The notes under the pieces were generated by a model. That model saw only the letters and a program-made list of their open reading frames with translations, ran no database searches and had not been told where the DNA came from. A stretch of DNA of 64,000 nt from Octopus vulgaris (lineage: Eukaryota), in NCBI GenBank assembly GCA_951406725.2, contig OX597817.1, positions 94,798,001 through 94,862,000 of the forward strand, read 5' to 3'. Shown in pieces: positions 12,825 to 26,335 of the stretch. The position numbers were made by a program, and so were the translations under genes. Positions within the stretch are counted from its first letter, which is position 1. Each line of letters starts with the position of its first letter.

Positions 12825-12877
12825 TTTAGAAAATAACCATTGGTTTCACATCTAGATATTTCTTCAGTTTTTCTAAA
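12825..12877 (-). ncRNA. Hammerhead fold in 5' pLTR (CTGAAGA core; stem II shortened)
   Basis: tttagaaaaa-CTGAAGA-aatatctagatgt-GAAACCAATGGTT-attttctaaa. Confidence 0.65.
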
Positions 12878-13837
12878 CGATAGCCGTTCTCTGCAAAGAA
12901 TGTTTCTTTAAACACATGAACGCCGGTAATAATTCAAGAAATATTCCTCTTAAAAAATTATGACCGGGCGAGTTGTCTTCCTTCACTTGATAGCTAGGTT
13001 TTCCAATTTTGAGTTCATGAGGATAATATATCTTTCTGCCATACAGAATTTATAGTCTTTTTCCAATGCGATAGGGTCCACAAGTTTCCAGAAATTTCGA
13101 CCTAATGTTAAAGGGCATATGATCTTCCTTTAGGCGCCATACATATGCTACGAGTGTTGTTGAGTTGCGTCTCTCCGGGACCCTGAAAGAAGATCTGTGG
13201 TCGTTCAGACGAATTTTAAATTTGGATTCACAAGATACTACATGAATTTTAGTGCGTGCTCCTGTGTTGGCATTGATGTTACTGATATTTGTGCTGCTTC
13301 TGTTTGTATGTACCGCTGAGTGAGAATGTACGTGTGTGTGTAGTCTCTCGGGACTTGCATCTTAATGGCAATAACGTAATTAAATTTTCATTTATTTTTC
13401 CCTGGCTAGAGGTTAAACCCTATTTTTAGTTGTGTTATGTTTACGTTGACGTCTGTTTATTAATTGCTTGTTTGTTCACATTTTACCCCCTCTTTGAAAC
13501 CCTACTTTTTCTATTGCTTACCCACTTCTTTCACCTACATTCATTTCACTAATTGTATCATATAACCAAGAAAATTAAACCACATCTCTTTGCTAATAAG
13601 CCCTCATTTTTTTTATTTAAAAAACCTTACACTCTGAACTCATTAATACGTCGTTGTTAATATTTAGCTTGTATATATTAGTCCTGGATACACCACAGCT
13701 GGAATAAGAATGGACGATCGCTAAATATTTAGCTTCTATATAAGTCAGAGGTGCTTCAACCGCGATCGTCCTATCATTCTTATTCCAGCCGTGGTGTATC
13801 CAGGACTAATATATTGAAGCTAAATATTAACAACGAC

Positions 13838-14021
13838 GGTATTTCGTCTGCTGTTACATTCTGAGTTCAAATTCCGCTGAGGTCGACTTTGCCTTTCATC
13901 CTTTCGGGGTTGATTAAATAAGTTTCAGTTATGCACTGGGGTCAGTGTAATAGATTTAATCGCTTTGTCTGTCCTTGTTGCTCCCTCTATGTTTAGCCCA
14001 CTGTGGGTAATAAAGAAATAA
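13838..14021 (+). mobile_element. 5'-truncated SINE (family A)
   Basis: gagttcaaattccg (B-box-like)...gtcgactttgcctttcatcctttcgggg...gtgggtaataaagaaata; matches 52020-52245. Confidence 0.8.
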
Positions 14022-15113
14022 CTATTTAGCTTCTATATAAGTCAGAGGTGTTTCAACCGCGATCGTCCTATCACTAATATATTTAATGTTTCGTTTCGTA
14101 TTCAAGTTATCAGAGTGTGGTTCCCAATTCAAGCAGGTTGATCAACCACGTAAAAAAATTAAGCGAACCTACGATTAATTGTGTTCCATACGTGACATCA
14201 CACTATTCCTCAAATATAGCGTATTTAAGACCAAATTAACCAATGTCCCCTTTCTTTGTTAAAAAAAAATAACACGTAAAACGATAAGGAAGATTTACGT
14301 AATTAATTAGTGAAAGAATAGTTACATATAATTAGTCACATTTATATCGTGGGAAAGGGGAAGAGCAGAATTGATTAGCGTTATGAATTTTTTTCTTTTA
14401 CAACTTGGGGCCTGTGCTTCTTTGTACTCACAGTCGGTTGCAAAACTACCATCACTCACTTTCTTACACTGCTTCTAATAATGACACAAGGCTACTATAG
14501 CCCTCTTATATAATTTGTATCTTGTCTTATATAAGCTGTGTCTACAAACGTATTTCTATATTATACTAGACACAGTATATCGTAAAACGATGAGATAGTC
14601 ATGGTTAGATCTTCTGGAATAAGGCTCAGCTGGGTCTTATCAGCAACTTTAACCTATTTATTACACGCCCTCTAATATCTCAACACACAATCAGAACTTT
14701 CACACACTTAACGAATGCTAGTCCTAACACATTTAGGGGTCATAAAATAACTCTAACCAACACTGTTTCCTAAATACAGGGTTTTTCTCTGTAAATTTTC
14801 TTCAATTCTGAGTAGTTTGAGGGCCTAAAGATATACATGTACTCCACTTCAGAATAAAATTCTTATATTTGACACTATATAGTTGTTACACATACAGTCG
14901 ATCATAAAAAGTCATGATCTGCAACCCATAATCTACTGATATGATGTACCTTCGCACTATCTCTTCAGTTGTTACTACAAGAAAACGTAGTGGTGGCTAA
15001 TTATGGTTTAAACAAATCTAGAATCAACTCACGCTGTTGTCCCCCGTTTGCTCTTTGTCGTCAAAATGCTCCTTCGCTCTTAACAACCTCTGAAAATGAA
15101 AAAACATGCATTA

Positions 15114-15195
<82 letters not shown>

Positions 15196-15249
15196 CATAA
15201 ATGGATGAAAACTAGAGCCGTCAACAAACTCTCGTAGAATTTAGTTACG

Positions 15250-15535
15250 TAAATATCGGAAGTTAATCGTCAAAATTTATAAAGTAGGGAAGGTATAGTC
15301 AGTGATGATTCTAAGAATGTGAAAGGATACAGAAATATTATATGGTTCCTCATGAAGATAACATGGACGCCGTTCGGACTCAAAAGATCGACAGTTAAAA
15401 ACACCTCCTCAAGGACTTTGAAGATGCAGACAGGAAAGCAGAGCATTATCCAATTGAAGTTGGATGTAGAGGATTCATTACACACAGTGTGGGGCAATGG
15501 TTGTCGTCGCTAGGCCTAACTCATCGTAAAGCAAA
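15250..15535 (+). mobile_element. Possible degraded LINE 3' fragment
   Basis: Relatively GC-richer, degraded coding-like stretch resembling RTE-type LINE ends; no intact motif. Confidence 0.3.
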
Positions 15536-15819
15536 TATCATTATGAGTGATATCTAGATTACAGTGGAGAAGGCAAACAACTAGACTTTGTTTAAAGAGA
15601 CGATGTGTAATGATTAGAAGAATATTAAGTGAAATCTAGAAAGCAGCTGATCTAGCAAGCGGGACCTCAACTCAGTAGCGGGAGACAGCACACAATAATG
15701 CCGTCGAGAGGAAGGTTCCCAAACGGCGTACATTCTCTATTGATGATCCCTTAAGCCTGCTAGAGTCCAGCATGCGACGCTTTCAATTGATAACACTTGC
15801 ATCTGCAAGTTGTTTGCAG

Positions 15820-16220
15820 ATAAACAGCGCATGACTTGCAGGTGGAACCCTGTTAGAATTTTCTCGAGGTCGAGTAACTCATCCCGCTCAAAAGGTCCCT
15901 GAATAAAGTTTGTTTAAGGATGTTGAACGATACACCCATGCTTCCAGAGGTCAATTATTGAAACCCTGACGAAGAATTCTCAACATATGGCTATGATGTT
16001 CCTCCACTACTTCTGCTCGTGATCAGAGAGGCACATATCGTCAACCACTAAGGGACATACTCACGAGGTTAAGGTCAAGCAACTGACAGGTAAATCTGTG
16101 GTATTGAGCAGAATATTTGCTGTAGCCCATCTTTTATACCAAGACAAAACATGTACATGATAACACTTTCAATTAGTTCAGATCAAAAACCCTGAGTGCC
16201 ACTGCCTGGTACTGCATCAT
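15820..16220 (-). repeat. Interspersed repeat, probably a LINE 5' UTR-derived or SINE-like element
   Basis: Begins tgatgcagtaccaggcagtgg on the minus strand next to (ACT)n; recognised as a common cephalopod repeat by recall only. Confidence 0.4.
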
Positions 16221-16242
16221 TATCACTGCTGCTGCTACTACA

Positions 16243-16285
<43 letters not shown>

Positions 16286-16799
16286 TCATCATCATAAAAT
16301 GCATACACTGTAAATCCAACAACGCAGGCATGTTATAATGGTTGCTATGACTATCACGTTGTAATTGTTATACTCCACTACCTGGAAAATAGCGCAACAC
16401 TTCCAAAGTATATCTGAAATTTGAGACTATGTTAAATAAGTTTCAGTCATTTAGAAGTCATTTCACAGTCCTGCAGCGTCTACTATATTTCTAAATTCTA
16501 TACCAATCACCATTATATCCCAATGTTAAATTTTAAAGGATATTGATAAAGCGAAATAATTTCTAAGTGCCAGTAGATGCCCAAACTCTTCTACAAGAGT
16601 GACAGATGACAGCAAATTTTAGTAATATATGTACACAACTTACAATGCTTGTAGCGCTTATACATTTACCATTCAGCCATATATTTTTTATTGTTGCTTA
16701 AAGCCCATTAATGTATGAAATGGGTTGAATGACCAATCTAAATAAACTGCGGCCCAACATGATATTTCCTGTTGATGAAGTCAACTACACAAGTGAGTT

Positions 16800-16996
16800 G
16801 CTCTATGGATATCGCGAAAGGCCTGCTTGGAGGCTTAACCTTCCAAGTTGTTTTACGGGGCTTAGAAAAACTGAAAGAACACTGCAATAAGTGTGTGAAT
16901 CTGAGAGGGGAATATGTTGTATAAGATCATAATTGAATGATCCTCCTGTGTTTTCTTTTACCCCAAACCAGGAATTTTTCAGCATTCCCTCATAAA
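16800..16996 (-). mobile_element. mariner terminal fragment
   Basis: TA-tgagggaatgctgaaaaattcctggtttggggtaaaag; related end cacgaggcggtgccgataagttcctggttttgggtaaaag at ~61350-61389 (minus). Confidence 0.5.
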
Positions 16997-17016
16997 TATA
17001 CACACACACAAACACA

Positions 17017-17112
<96 letters not shown>

Positions 17113-17503
17113 CTGTGTATATGCATTACCAATGTACAGAAAAACTGCGAAATATCGATATCTGTCGTTCTCGTTCACTTCCGATGTCGTTTCGTTTCGA
17201 CTAACTTTCAAGAATACTGTATATTTTAAGACAATACGTCTTTAAAGGCATCTCTCCCAGACGTTGCATCACAGTTACAACGTTAAACAACTTACACTTA
17301 TTCAGTATGTGATGTTGTTAACGTTTACATTATTGAGCTGCTACTAACGCCAAATTTGTATTTTATTCTACTTGTGCAGCGCTGTTTCACTTCAGCAAAT
17401 GGAATTCCTACACCATATTCAGCGATTCAGTTTCATTTCGGAAGCAGAGACACATACATTAGCTATGTGATGTTTAAGCAGACATACATACAAACAGACA
17501 GAC

Positions 17504-17636
<133 letters not shown>

Positions 17637-17730
17637 TATATACTATGGAAATAATAAGGATATAAAACTAAGAAAAATTTTCATACCGGTGGCTAGCATG
17701 CGTAATAAAGCCCATAGACAACATATTTTC

Positions 17731-18252
17731 ATATATAATAGTGTACAAGCAATTGAAGTATTTATACACGAAAGAGGTAGCATATGACAGGACACCTTAC
17801 ATGCTAGAAAGGGCAGTCAAAGCCACGAATAAAAGCAATTTGAAATGGAATGAGAAAAAAATGTTTTGTAGTTGCCTTCAGACTCGAGTTTCTGTATTAA
17901 AGAGCAAATCAATTAATTTGTCATCTGTACTTGATCAGTGAGGTCGCTAAAATTAATGCATATTTATGCAGCAAATATATACCGAAAATACACATGTTAC
18001 ATACTTATATATTATATTTTTAAATCCACCGCGAGAGTACAGTTACATTCGGCAGCAAATAATAATAAAATTAAACCTGCGTACCAGAAACCCGAGTCTG
18101 AGAATAACTAGAAAAAATTTTTTTTTCTTCTCATTCCTTTTGAAATTGCTTTTATTCGTGATTGGGGCTTTGACTGCCCCTTCTAGCATGTAAGGTGTCC
18201 GGTCAAAGATCACCTCTTTCGTGTATAAATACTTAAACTGTTTGTACACTAT

Positions 18253-18259
<7 letters not shown>
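17731..18259. repeat. Foldback element: ~170-bp inverted arms (17731-17896 / 18082-18259) with a degenerate hammerhead
   Basis: Arms are reverse complements; minus 17875-17943 reads cctca-CTGATCA-...-GAAAC-TCGA-GTC-tgaagg. Confidence 0.8.
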
Positions 18260-18787
<528 letters not shown>

Positions 18788-18795
18788 ATTATATA

Positions 18796-18990
18796 TGACA
18801 ATTATTCGGGAACCATGATAAAACTCCGAGTTTCGGATGCCGAGGTGGAAATCCACGCCGCTATCTCTTCAGTTATCCGGCCACCGAGAAAATGCTATCC
18901 GATGGCCTGATAACTGAAGATAAGGCGGCGTGGATTTCCACCTCGGCATCCGAAACTCGGAGTTTTATTATGGCTCCCGAATAATTGTCA
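18796..18990. repeat. ~195-bp hairpin element made of two inverted hammerhead-like copies
   Basis: tgacaattattcggg...cccgaataattgtca; plus copy ataa-CTGAAGA(18914-18920)...GAAAC-TCGGA-GTT-ttat; mirror copy on the minus strand at ~18817-18875. Confidence 0.85.
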
Positions 18991-20344
18991 CATATTACAT
19001 TTACAGATAAATTCCTCTATTTACATAATATCGAGGTCTTTTTCTTTCTTTGGCTGTTTTACCATTTTTATCAATATATATATATGTGTGTGTGTGTGTG
19101 TGTATAAGTATGTGTTTATCATATATATTATGTATGTAAATAAGTACATGTATGTGTACAGATAGATAGATAGATAGATGTATTTATATATGCGCATATG
19201 AATTTATCTCTATGCCCACACACACAAACACACATACACACACACACACATTGTCACATTTTCTGCACAAAAGTTTCACCAATAACATAATGCAAATACA
19301 TAAATATTCAAAAAGACATAAATCAAAACAGTAATAATAGAATGATAAGAATGTAAACTATGCTTAGGTAAGTTGGACGAGTATATCAGTTGGAAATATC
19401 TGTTTTGCTGATGTCTATATGTTCGTGTGTGTGTGTGTGCGCGTGTGTGTGCGTGTGTGTGTGCGCGTGTGCGTGTGTGCGTACATGCATACATACATAT
19501 ATGGATGCATACATATATACACTCTTACACATATATATAACACCTATATACATATGTATATATATATATATACACACATACACACACACACACCACATGC
19601 ACACATTATGTGTGTGTCCAGTGCTATTCAACATAAAGCGTATAATTTCTTTATTCAGACTACGCAAATGAAAACACGAATATAAATATAAATAAAAAGA
19701 CGAAAAAAATCGAAGCATCCTCTCGTCTCTCTTTCATTTCCTCCATTTACTTCTGTCTCCTTGTGAATATTTATTGAATGCCATCAATGTATACCTACAG
19801 TTTAGCAACCAAAGCAACTGGAGCGTGAACATCATTTTATAAATTGCGAAATTGTTTACAATAATGGCTGGGATATTGCTGTCTGTATCACAGCATAGCA
19901 CACTACACCGTCTACACCACGCTACACCACGTGTTTCACTAACAAAAAGTCCCACTAAACCAAACCACAACATGTTATATGTCACTGAATTACAGTGTAA
20001 TGTAGTAAACTACAGGCTAAACTACACAGCAATACCACCTCACGGCTCTACAACCCAAGCTAAGCAACACCAGCTGAACTAAAATGGCGATGAATTACGA
20101 ATCAAAGGGTACGTTTTATTGTAATTCCTGTTTCAGTTTGATCCATAAACATCATCTAACTTGTATAAATCATTTTCAAATTTAAAGGTTCATTTATTGA
20201 TGTTGTTGTTGGTGTTGTTGGTAATGGTGGTGGTGGTGGTGGTGGTGGTGGTGGTGCTGCTGCTGCTGCTGCTGCTATTGTTTAATCTCCAATTGACCTC
20301 GATTGATCAAAACCATTTAAGCCATGTCCCTCTCATTAATTTAT

Positions 20345-20642
20345 ATATATATATATAATATTAATTAGAGACAAAACCACTATTTTGTAAATCAAACAAG
20401 GAAAGACTTAATCAATACATAAAAAAATTTTAATATAAAGTAAATAAATAAATAAATAAATAAATATTTATTTACTTTATATTAAAATTTTTTATGTATT
20501 GATTATGTCTTTCCTTGTTTGATTTACAAAATAGTGGTTTTGTCTCTAATTAATATTATATAATATTTTACTATAAAATTGGATTCAATCCTAAATCTGA
20601 TTTTTCCCTGTAAATTTGGATTTATTCCCTAATATTTATTAT

Positions 20643-20645
<3 letters not shown>
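20345..20645. repeat. AT-rich palindromic element with shared 3' tail (same family as 31228-32910)
   Basis: aattagagacaaaaccacta / tagtggttttgtctctaatt inverted arms followed by aatcctaaatctgatttttccctgtaa...ccctaatatt(TA)n. Confidence 0.8.
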
Positions 20646-20695
<50 letters not shown>

Positions 20696-20698
<3 letters not shown>

Positions 20699-21722
20699 GT
20701 CATCCCATAAGTTCTGTCCGATTTTACCTTTATTCAAATTAAATGAAATTTAATAGTATTTTAGAATATCTAATGGAATTAAAAATTTGTGTACATTTAA
20801 ATTAATTATTATTTTATAGAATAATAGAATTAAAACTTCTTTGATTAAAACCCTTTCTAACATGAAAGTATCCAAAGAGCATTTAAGACACATAATGCTT
20901 TATGAGTACAAAAAAGGAAACTCTGCAGCCGAAGCGACTCGAAACATACACTCAGTTTATGGGAAAGAATGCTTGAATGACAGAACTTGCAGAAGATCGT
21001 TTGTAAAATTCAGAAGTGGAGATTTCAGCCTTGAAGATGAAGATCAAACAGGACGTCCAGTTGAATTTGATAAGCTCCTTGAGGCACTGCTTGAAGAAAA
21101 TACTGCATTATCAGTGGCAATAAAGCTTAGTTCAAACCATACAACTGTTCATCGTCATCTTCAACAACTTGGAAAGGTTCCTAAAATTGGAAAATGGATG
21201 CCTCATGAATTGTCCGAAAGCAACTGCAAACCCCGAGTTGACATCTGCTCTTCTCTCCACTCTCGCGAACTCATTTCATCCTTTTTGAATAGACTTGTGA
21301 CTGGTGAAGCAAAATAGATCTTCTATCGAAATGTTAAACCCGTAAACAGTGGCTTGGTAAAAGGGAAAAGCTCAACCACAACCGTGAAAGGAACTTCGTG
21401 GAAAAAATGTTCTTCTTTCTATCTGGTGGGGTTGCAAAGGAGCAATTCACTTTGAATTGTTACCACCTAATGAATGCAACGATCAATGCTCAAGTCTACT
21501 GTCAGCAATTAGAGTCGTTTGAACCAAGCTTTGAAGAAAAAAAGACCCGCTTTAGAGAATCGAAAAGGAGTGATGTTTCATCAGGACAATGCTCGACCCC
21601 ACACTGCAACGATCACATCACAGAAGATCGAAGATCTTGGTTGGGAAAAAATTCTTCATCCACCTTATTCTCCCGACTTTACTCCTTCGGACTGCCATTT
21701 GTTTCGTAGTTTACAGAATCAT
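20696..21722 (+). mobile_element. mariner (DD34D) transposon, decayed, right end missing
   Basis: Left TIR caggtcatcccataagttc after (TA)n; MKVSKEHLRHIMLYEYKKG HTH, WMPHEL, VTGEAK, HQDNARPH, PYSPDFTPSDCHLF. Confidence 0.92.
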
Positions 21723-21724
21723 TC

Positions 21725-21930
21725 TCTATTTCCCTATATACTCCTTGTTTGCTTCCTTTTCCAAAATAACTCCTCATATTGAACGCTAATATTTCCCGCT
21801 ATTTAATCATCTCATATCGTCTCTGTTGACGGGATATCCCTAATATCCCAGAAACAGCTATGAGACTAATTTTCTCTTTATAAATGCCCTGAAAATTCCA
21901 CACAGCGTTGGTTTTGTTGTCTCATTTTAT
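21725..21930 (+). repeat. pLTR-like fragment with degenerate hammerhead (family of 33511-33930)
   Basis: gtct-CTGTTGA-c-gggatat-cccta-atatccc-a-GAAAC-AGCT-ATGagac. Confidence 0.55.
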
Positions 21931-21974
21931 TTAACACACACACAAACATATACACACACATACATATATGTATC

Positions 21975-22320
21975 TTCTTTTATTTTTTATTTTTTCTCGT
22001 TTCAGTCATTGGACTGTATTCATACTGGGGCACTGCTTTGAAGGGTTCAGACGAACAAATCTATCTCAGTACTTATTCTAGCGCTCCCTTTTACTGAACC
22101 GCTAGTTTTCAGGAACATAACCAAACCAACACCAGTTGCCAAGTCATCGTGGGGACAGACACAACAAAGGCACTCACAAATGTAGACATGTGTGTGTGTG
22201 TGTGTGTGTGTGTTGGGTTTCTTTTAGTTTCCGACTACCAAATCCACTCACAAAGCTTTGGTCAGCCCGAGGTTAAAGTAGAAGACATTCCCAAGGTGCC
22301 ACGTGGTAGGACTGAACAGG
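21975..22320 (-). mobile_element. SINE family B, diverged
   Basis: Matches 42466-42876 (ccaaatccactcacaaagctttggtc...cccaaggtgccacg). Confidence 0.75.
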
Positions 22321-22478
22321 GACTCTCTTATTTGAAAGGAAATTAGTGTTTTCTTTCATGTCAAGTTACATATAAAAACAAAATATTAAACATTATGATT
22401 AGTAATTTTTAGAAAGAGCTTAACGGTGACTTCCGAATTTCGGGTTGCTTGTTATCTAGTGATGGCAACCAAGCAAGC

Positions 22479-22569
<91 letters not shown>

Positions 22570-22666
22570 CGTGCATGTGCGTGTAAATAGTGCCATATAC
22601 AGCGTTTTTAGATAATTTCAATTGTAAATTATACCTTTTTTCAAGCATGATAGATATATATATATG

Positions 22667-25246
22667 TATGTATAATTTTAATCCAAACGGGAAAACAGAA
22701 AATACAACAACACGTGGAACAATTACAGTATTATTATTAATAGGCGCTCAGGAAATATGGAAGCAGGAAGGTATGACGTTTCGAGCGGAGCTCTTCGTCG
22801 GAACCATAAAGAAGGAAGAGAGAGGAAAGAAAGATCCCAAAGTGGGCAACAAGAGATGGAGAAAAAAACGACTGGTGTTTACGAAGTACACATGGTGAAA
22901 GGCGGAAGTTTACGATAACAAGAGCAAAGTAGGTTTTTAAAGCCAAAAGAGTGGAGACAGGGTTGGTAACGCAACAGATGTGTGTGTATGTGTGAGTGTG
23001 TGCGTGTGCGTGTGTGTATATGTGTGTGAGGCGAGATAAAAAAACAAAAAATATATGTATATGTTAGTGTGTGCGTCTGTGTGTAGGCGTGTGAGGTAGG
23101 GCGAACAGTAGTAGGCAGCAGACAGTGGTCAGTAGTAAGAAAATGAAGGAAGGAGGAAGGGAGGGAGGGGAAGGGGTGGGGGCGTAAGTAACGTGCCAGC
23201 GTGTGTGTTGAGTAGTAGTGTGTGTGTGTCCAGTGTCGTGGTTGTATTAATGGCGAGTAGATTTGAAGTGTGTGTAAGAGTAATGTATATATTTAAGCAA
23301 TGTGTGTGTGTGTGGTGGGTGTATGTATGTGTGCGCGTGTGTGTAACAAAAACAGGGGGGGGTTATAAGGAAAAAGGACTCCAGCTGAGGGGAAGATGGA
23401 AGAGTGGTCCCGCGGAGACGGGCGTGGGAGAACCCAACGACAGGCGACGGCCCCAGAAACGAGCGGGAGGTCTCGTCGGGTCCAAGAGCGAGGTGCATGC
23501 ATGCGCGTATGCGTGCGCGAACCGGCGCAAGCGCGTGTGTGCGCGCGCCTGCGAGTGTGTGTGTAAGTATGTATGTGTGTGGATGTGTGAGTGTGTCTGT
23601 GTGTATGTCTGGGTGTCAGTGTGTCCGATGAATGTATGTAAGTATGTGTGTATATATGTGTGTGCATAGATGTATGTCCGTGTGTGTGTGTGTGTGTGTA
23701 TGTGTATGAGTGTGTATGTGTGTACGTGTGGGTGTGTGGAAGTGTGTGTATGTGCATGTGTGTGCGCGTACATACAGGTGTGTGAGTGAGTGTGTGTGTG
23801 TATGTATGTGTGAGTGTGTATGTATGTGTGTGTAGGATGCATGTATGTGTATGGGTGTATGTATGTGTGTGTGTGTGTATGTATGTGTACGTGCGTGTGT
23901 GTGTGTGTGTATGCATGCATGCATGTATGCGTGTAGGTGTGCGCGTGTGCATGCATGCATGCATGTGCGTATGTGTGTGTGTGTGCATGTGTGTGGGTAT
24001 ATATGTATGTGCGTATATGTGTGTGTATGTGCGTACATGTGTGTGTGTGTATGCATGTGTGTGTATGTAGGTGTGTAGGCGTGTGTGTATAGGTGTATGT
24101 ATGTAAGTATGTATGGGTGTGTCCGTGTATGTGTGTGTATGTATGTGTGTGTATGTAGGTGTGTGGGCGTGTGTGTATAGGTGTATGTATGTATGTCTGG
24201 GTGTGTCCGTGCATGTTTGTGTGTGTGTGTGTATGCATGTGTATGTAGGTGTGTGTGTACGTGTGTAATGTATGTGTGTATGCGTGTGTGTGCGTGTGTA
24301 TGCGTGCGTGTGTGAATGTAGGTGCGTATGTATGTGTGTGGGAGTGTAGGTGTGTGTGTGCGTGTGCGTGTTTATGTTGGTGTGTGCGTATGTGAGTGTG
24401 AGTGTATGGGTGTTTGTCATGCATGCGTGTGCGCGTGCAGGCGAGTGTGTGTGTAAGTATGTGTGTGTGTATGTTTGTGTGAGTGTGTATGTGTGTATGT
24501 CTGTGTGTATGTATGTGCGTATAGGAGTATGCAGGTATGTGTGTGTGTATGTGTATGGGTGTATGTATGTATGTGTGTGTGTGTGTGTGCATGTGTATAA
24601 GTATATGTGTGTGTGCGTATGTGTGTGTATGTGTATGTGTGTGTGTTATGTGTGTGTGTATGTGTGTATGTGTGTGTGTGTAGATGTATGTATGTATGGG
24701 TGTGTGTCTGTGTGTGTTTGTGTGTGTGTGTAGGTAGGTGTGTGTGTCTGAGTGAGGGTATGGCTGTGTAGGTGTGTGTGTGTATGAATGTAAGTGTGTG
24801 TGTGTACAAGTGTAATGTATGTATGTAGGTGTGTGTGTGTGTATGTGTACGTGTGCGTGTGTATGTGTGTGTGTGTATGCGTGTGAGTGTGAGTGTATGG
24901 GTGTATGTCTGTGTGTGTGTATGTCTGAAGTAGGTATGTGTGTGTATGTATGTATGTGTGTGTGTGCGGGTATGTGTGTGTGTGTGTGTGTGTGTGTGAG
25001 TAGGTGTGCGTGTATGTATGTGGGTAGGGATGCATGCGAGTGTGTGGGTATGTATGTATACATACGCACGCGCACACCCGAAGCAAGCCCACACACACGA
25101 AGCGTGCTCACGCACACAACACACAAGCAATACAACGCAAGCCCATGGGGCCGACCAAGCCCCCAGCGCGCGCCAAGGCGCGCGAGCGCAAAGGCCCTCG
25201 AACGACCCGCTACGCGGGAACCGAGCATCCTTCAGCCAAAACCGGA

Positions 25247-25250
<4 letters not shown>
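22667..25250 (-). mobile_element. Putative non-coding PLE-associated element: GC-rich structured head, ~1.5-kb degenerate CA-rich body, hammerhead in 3' end
   Basis: Bounded by (TA)-rich tracts; HHR at 22770-22805; GC-rich blocks at 23360-23560 and 25060-25250. Confidence 0.45.
22770..22805 (-). ncRNA. Ultra-minimal hammerhead (CCGACGA core)
   Basis: ggtt-CCGACGA-a-GAGC-tcc-GCTC-GAAAC-GTC-atacc; stem III is only the ACGT palindrome. Confidence 0.65.
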
Positions 25251-25299
<49 letters not shown>

Positions 25300-25775
25300 C
25301 ATATAAATATATATGTGTGTGTGTGTGTGGTGTGTGCGCTTTCATCATTTTCTTTACTTTTCACAGCGACCATAAATTGCATGTTTATTAAATAAAGTAT
25401 ATTTTACATGTCGATTTATCCCAAAACGCTGTGTAGCATATATTGAATTAATTTCTAAACCATATTGTCAGTCAGTGCACGATTGTTCAAGTTTTATATA
25501 TAGTTTGCACACAATTGTAAATAGCTATAAGCTAATTGCTCTGTAGACAAAAGATGGGTATTATTTGCTAGATGAAAGTCTATGAGATCCAAAAACTTTA
25601 AACTGATGCTGCTTTTTATACCCACAAAAAGATAAAACCATATGATTGAAAAGTTTTCCCTCGGCGAAAGTAGAATTTTCTAATTATTAAAAAATGTGTG
25701 TGTATGTGTGTGTGTGCGCGCGTGCGCCAGTGTGTGCATGTATGTATGCATACATATATATATGCATATGTATAT

Positions 25776-26090
25776 AGAGTAAAGTTTATTTGCCAACGTA
25801 AAGTGACAGTCCTGATTAGGACAAATGTTACTATTATTTAGCCCCAGGAAAACATCATCTGCAGCTGACTATCGACGCACTAACTGCGTCCTTATACTTC
25901 GGACTAGGGAACTAGTGTCAAAGCAATATCGCTTTGAGCTGAGTGGGAACAATAGCTCCTTTGTTCGAAGTATGAGCACACAGTTAGTGCGTCGATAGTC
26001 AGCAGGAGATGATTTTTTCCTGGGGCTAAATTGTAGTAACATTCGTACTAATCAGGACTGACACTTTACGTTGGCAAATAAACTTTATTC
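25776..26090. repeat. ~315-bp foldback element (~135-bp inverted arms)
   Basis: agagtaaagtttatttgccaacgtaaagtg... / ...cactttacgttggcaaataaactttattct. Confidence 0.85.
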
Positions 26091-26335
26091 TAAAGTATTG
26101 TTGCTGCATATTTCTCGTTCAGAGATTTAGAACTAATAGTTTTTCTACATACACACACACACACATACATGTGTGTGTGTATGTGTGTGTGTGTGTGTAT
26201 TGAAATGGTTTGATTTATCCTTTAAATACCCTCACCTAACCGTGACATCTAACCCACATGGTAATTGGCCAAAATACACTTCGTAAGATTCAGCCTGCTG
26301 GAGCCCATAGAAAGCTAATCAAAATAGCAAATAAT

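Larger units (their letters stand above)
10402..13298 (-). mobile_element. Penelope-like element (Naiad-like) with direct pseudo-LTRs
   Basis: Decayed RT+GIY-YIG ORF; 3' end 10402-10943 duplicated upstream at 12814-13298; HHR fold in each copy. Confidence 0.88.

Noticed and set aside
15835-15930. Possible HDV-like ribozyme in the repeat's minus strand
   Set aside because: Could not build a consistent nested double pseudoknot by eye
23363-25228. 621-aa His/Thr-rich ORF and many similar HT/YI/CV ORFs
   Set aside because: Translations of CA/TA/TACA microsatellites that lack stop codons by composition
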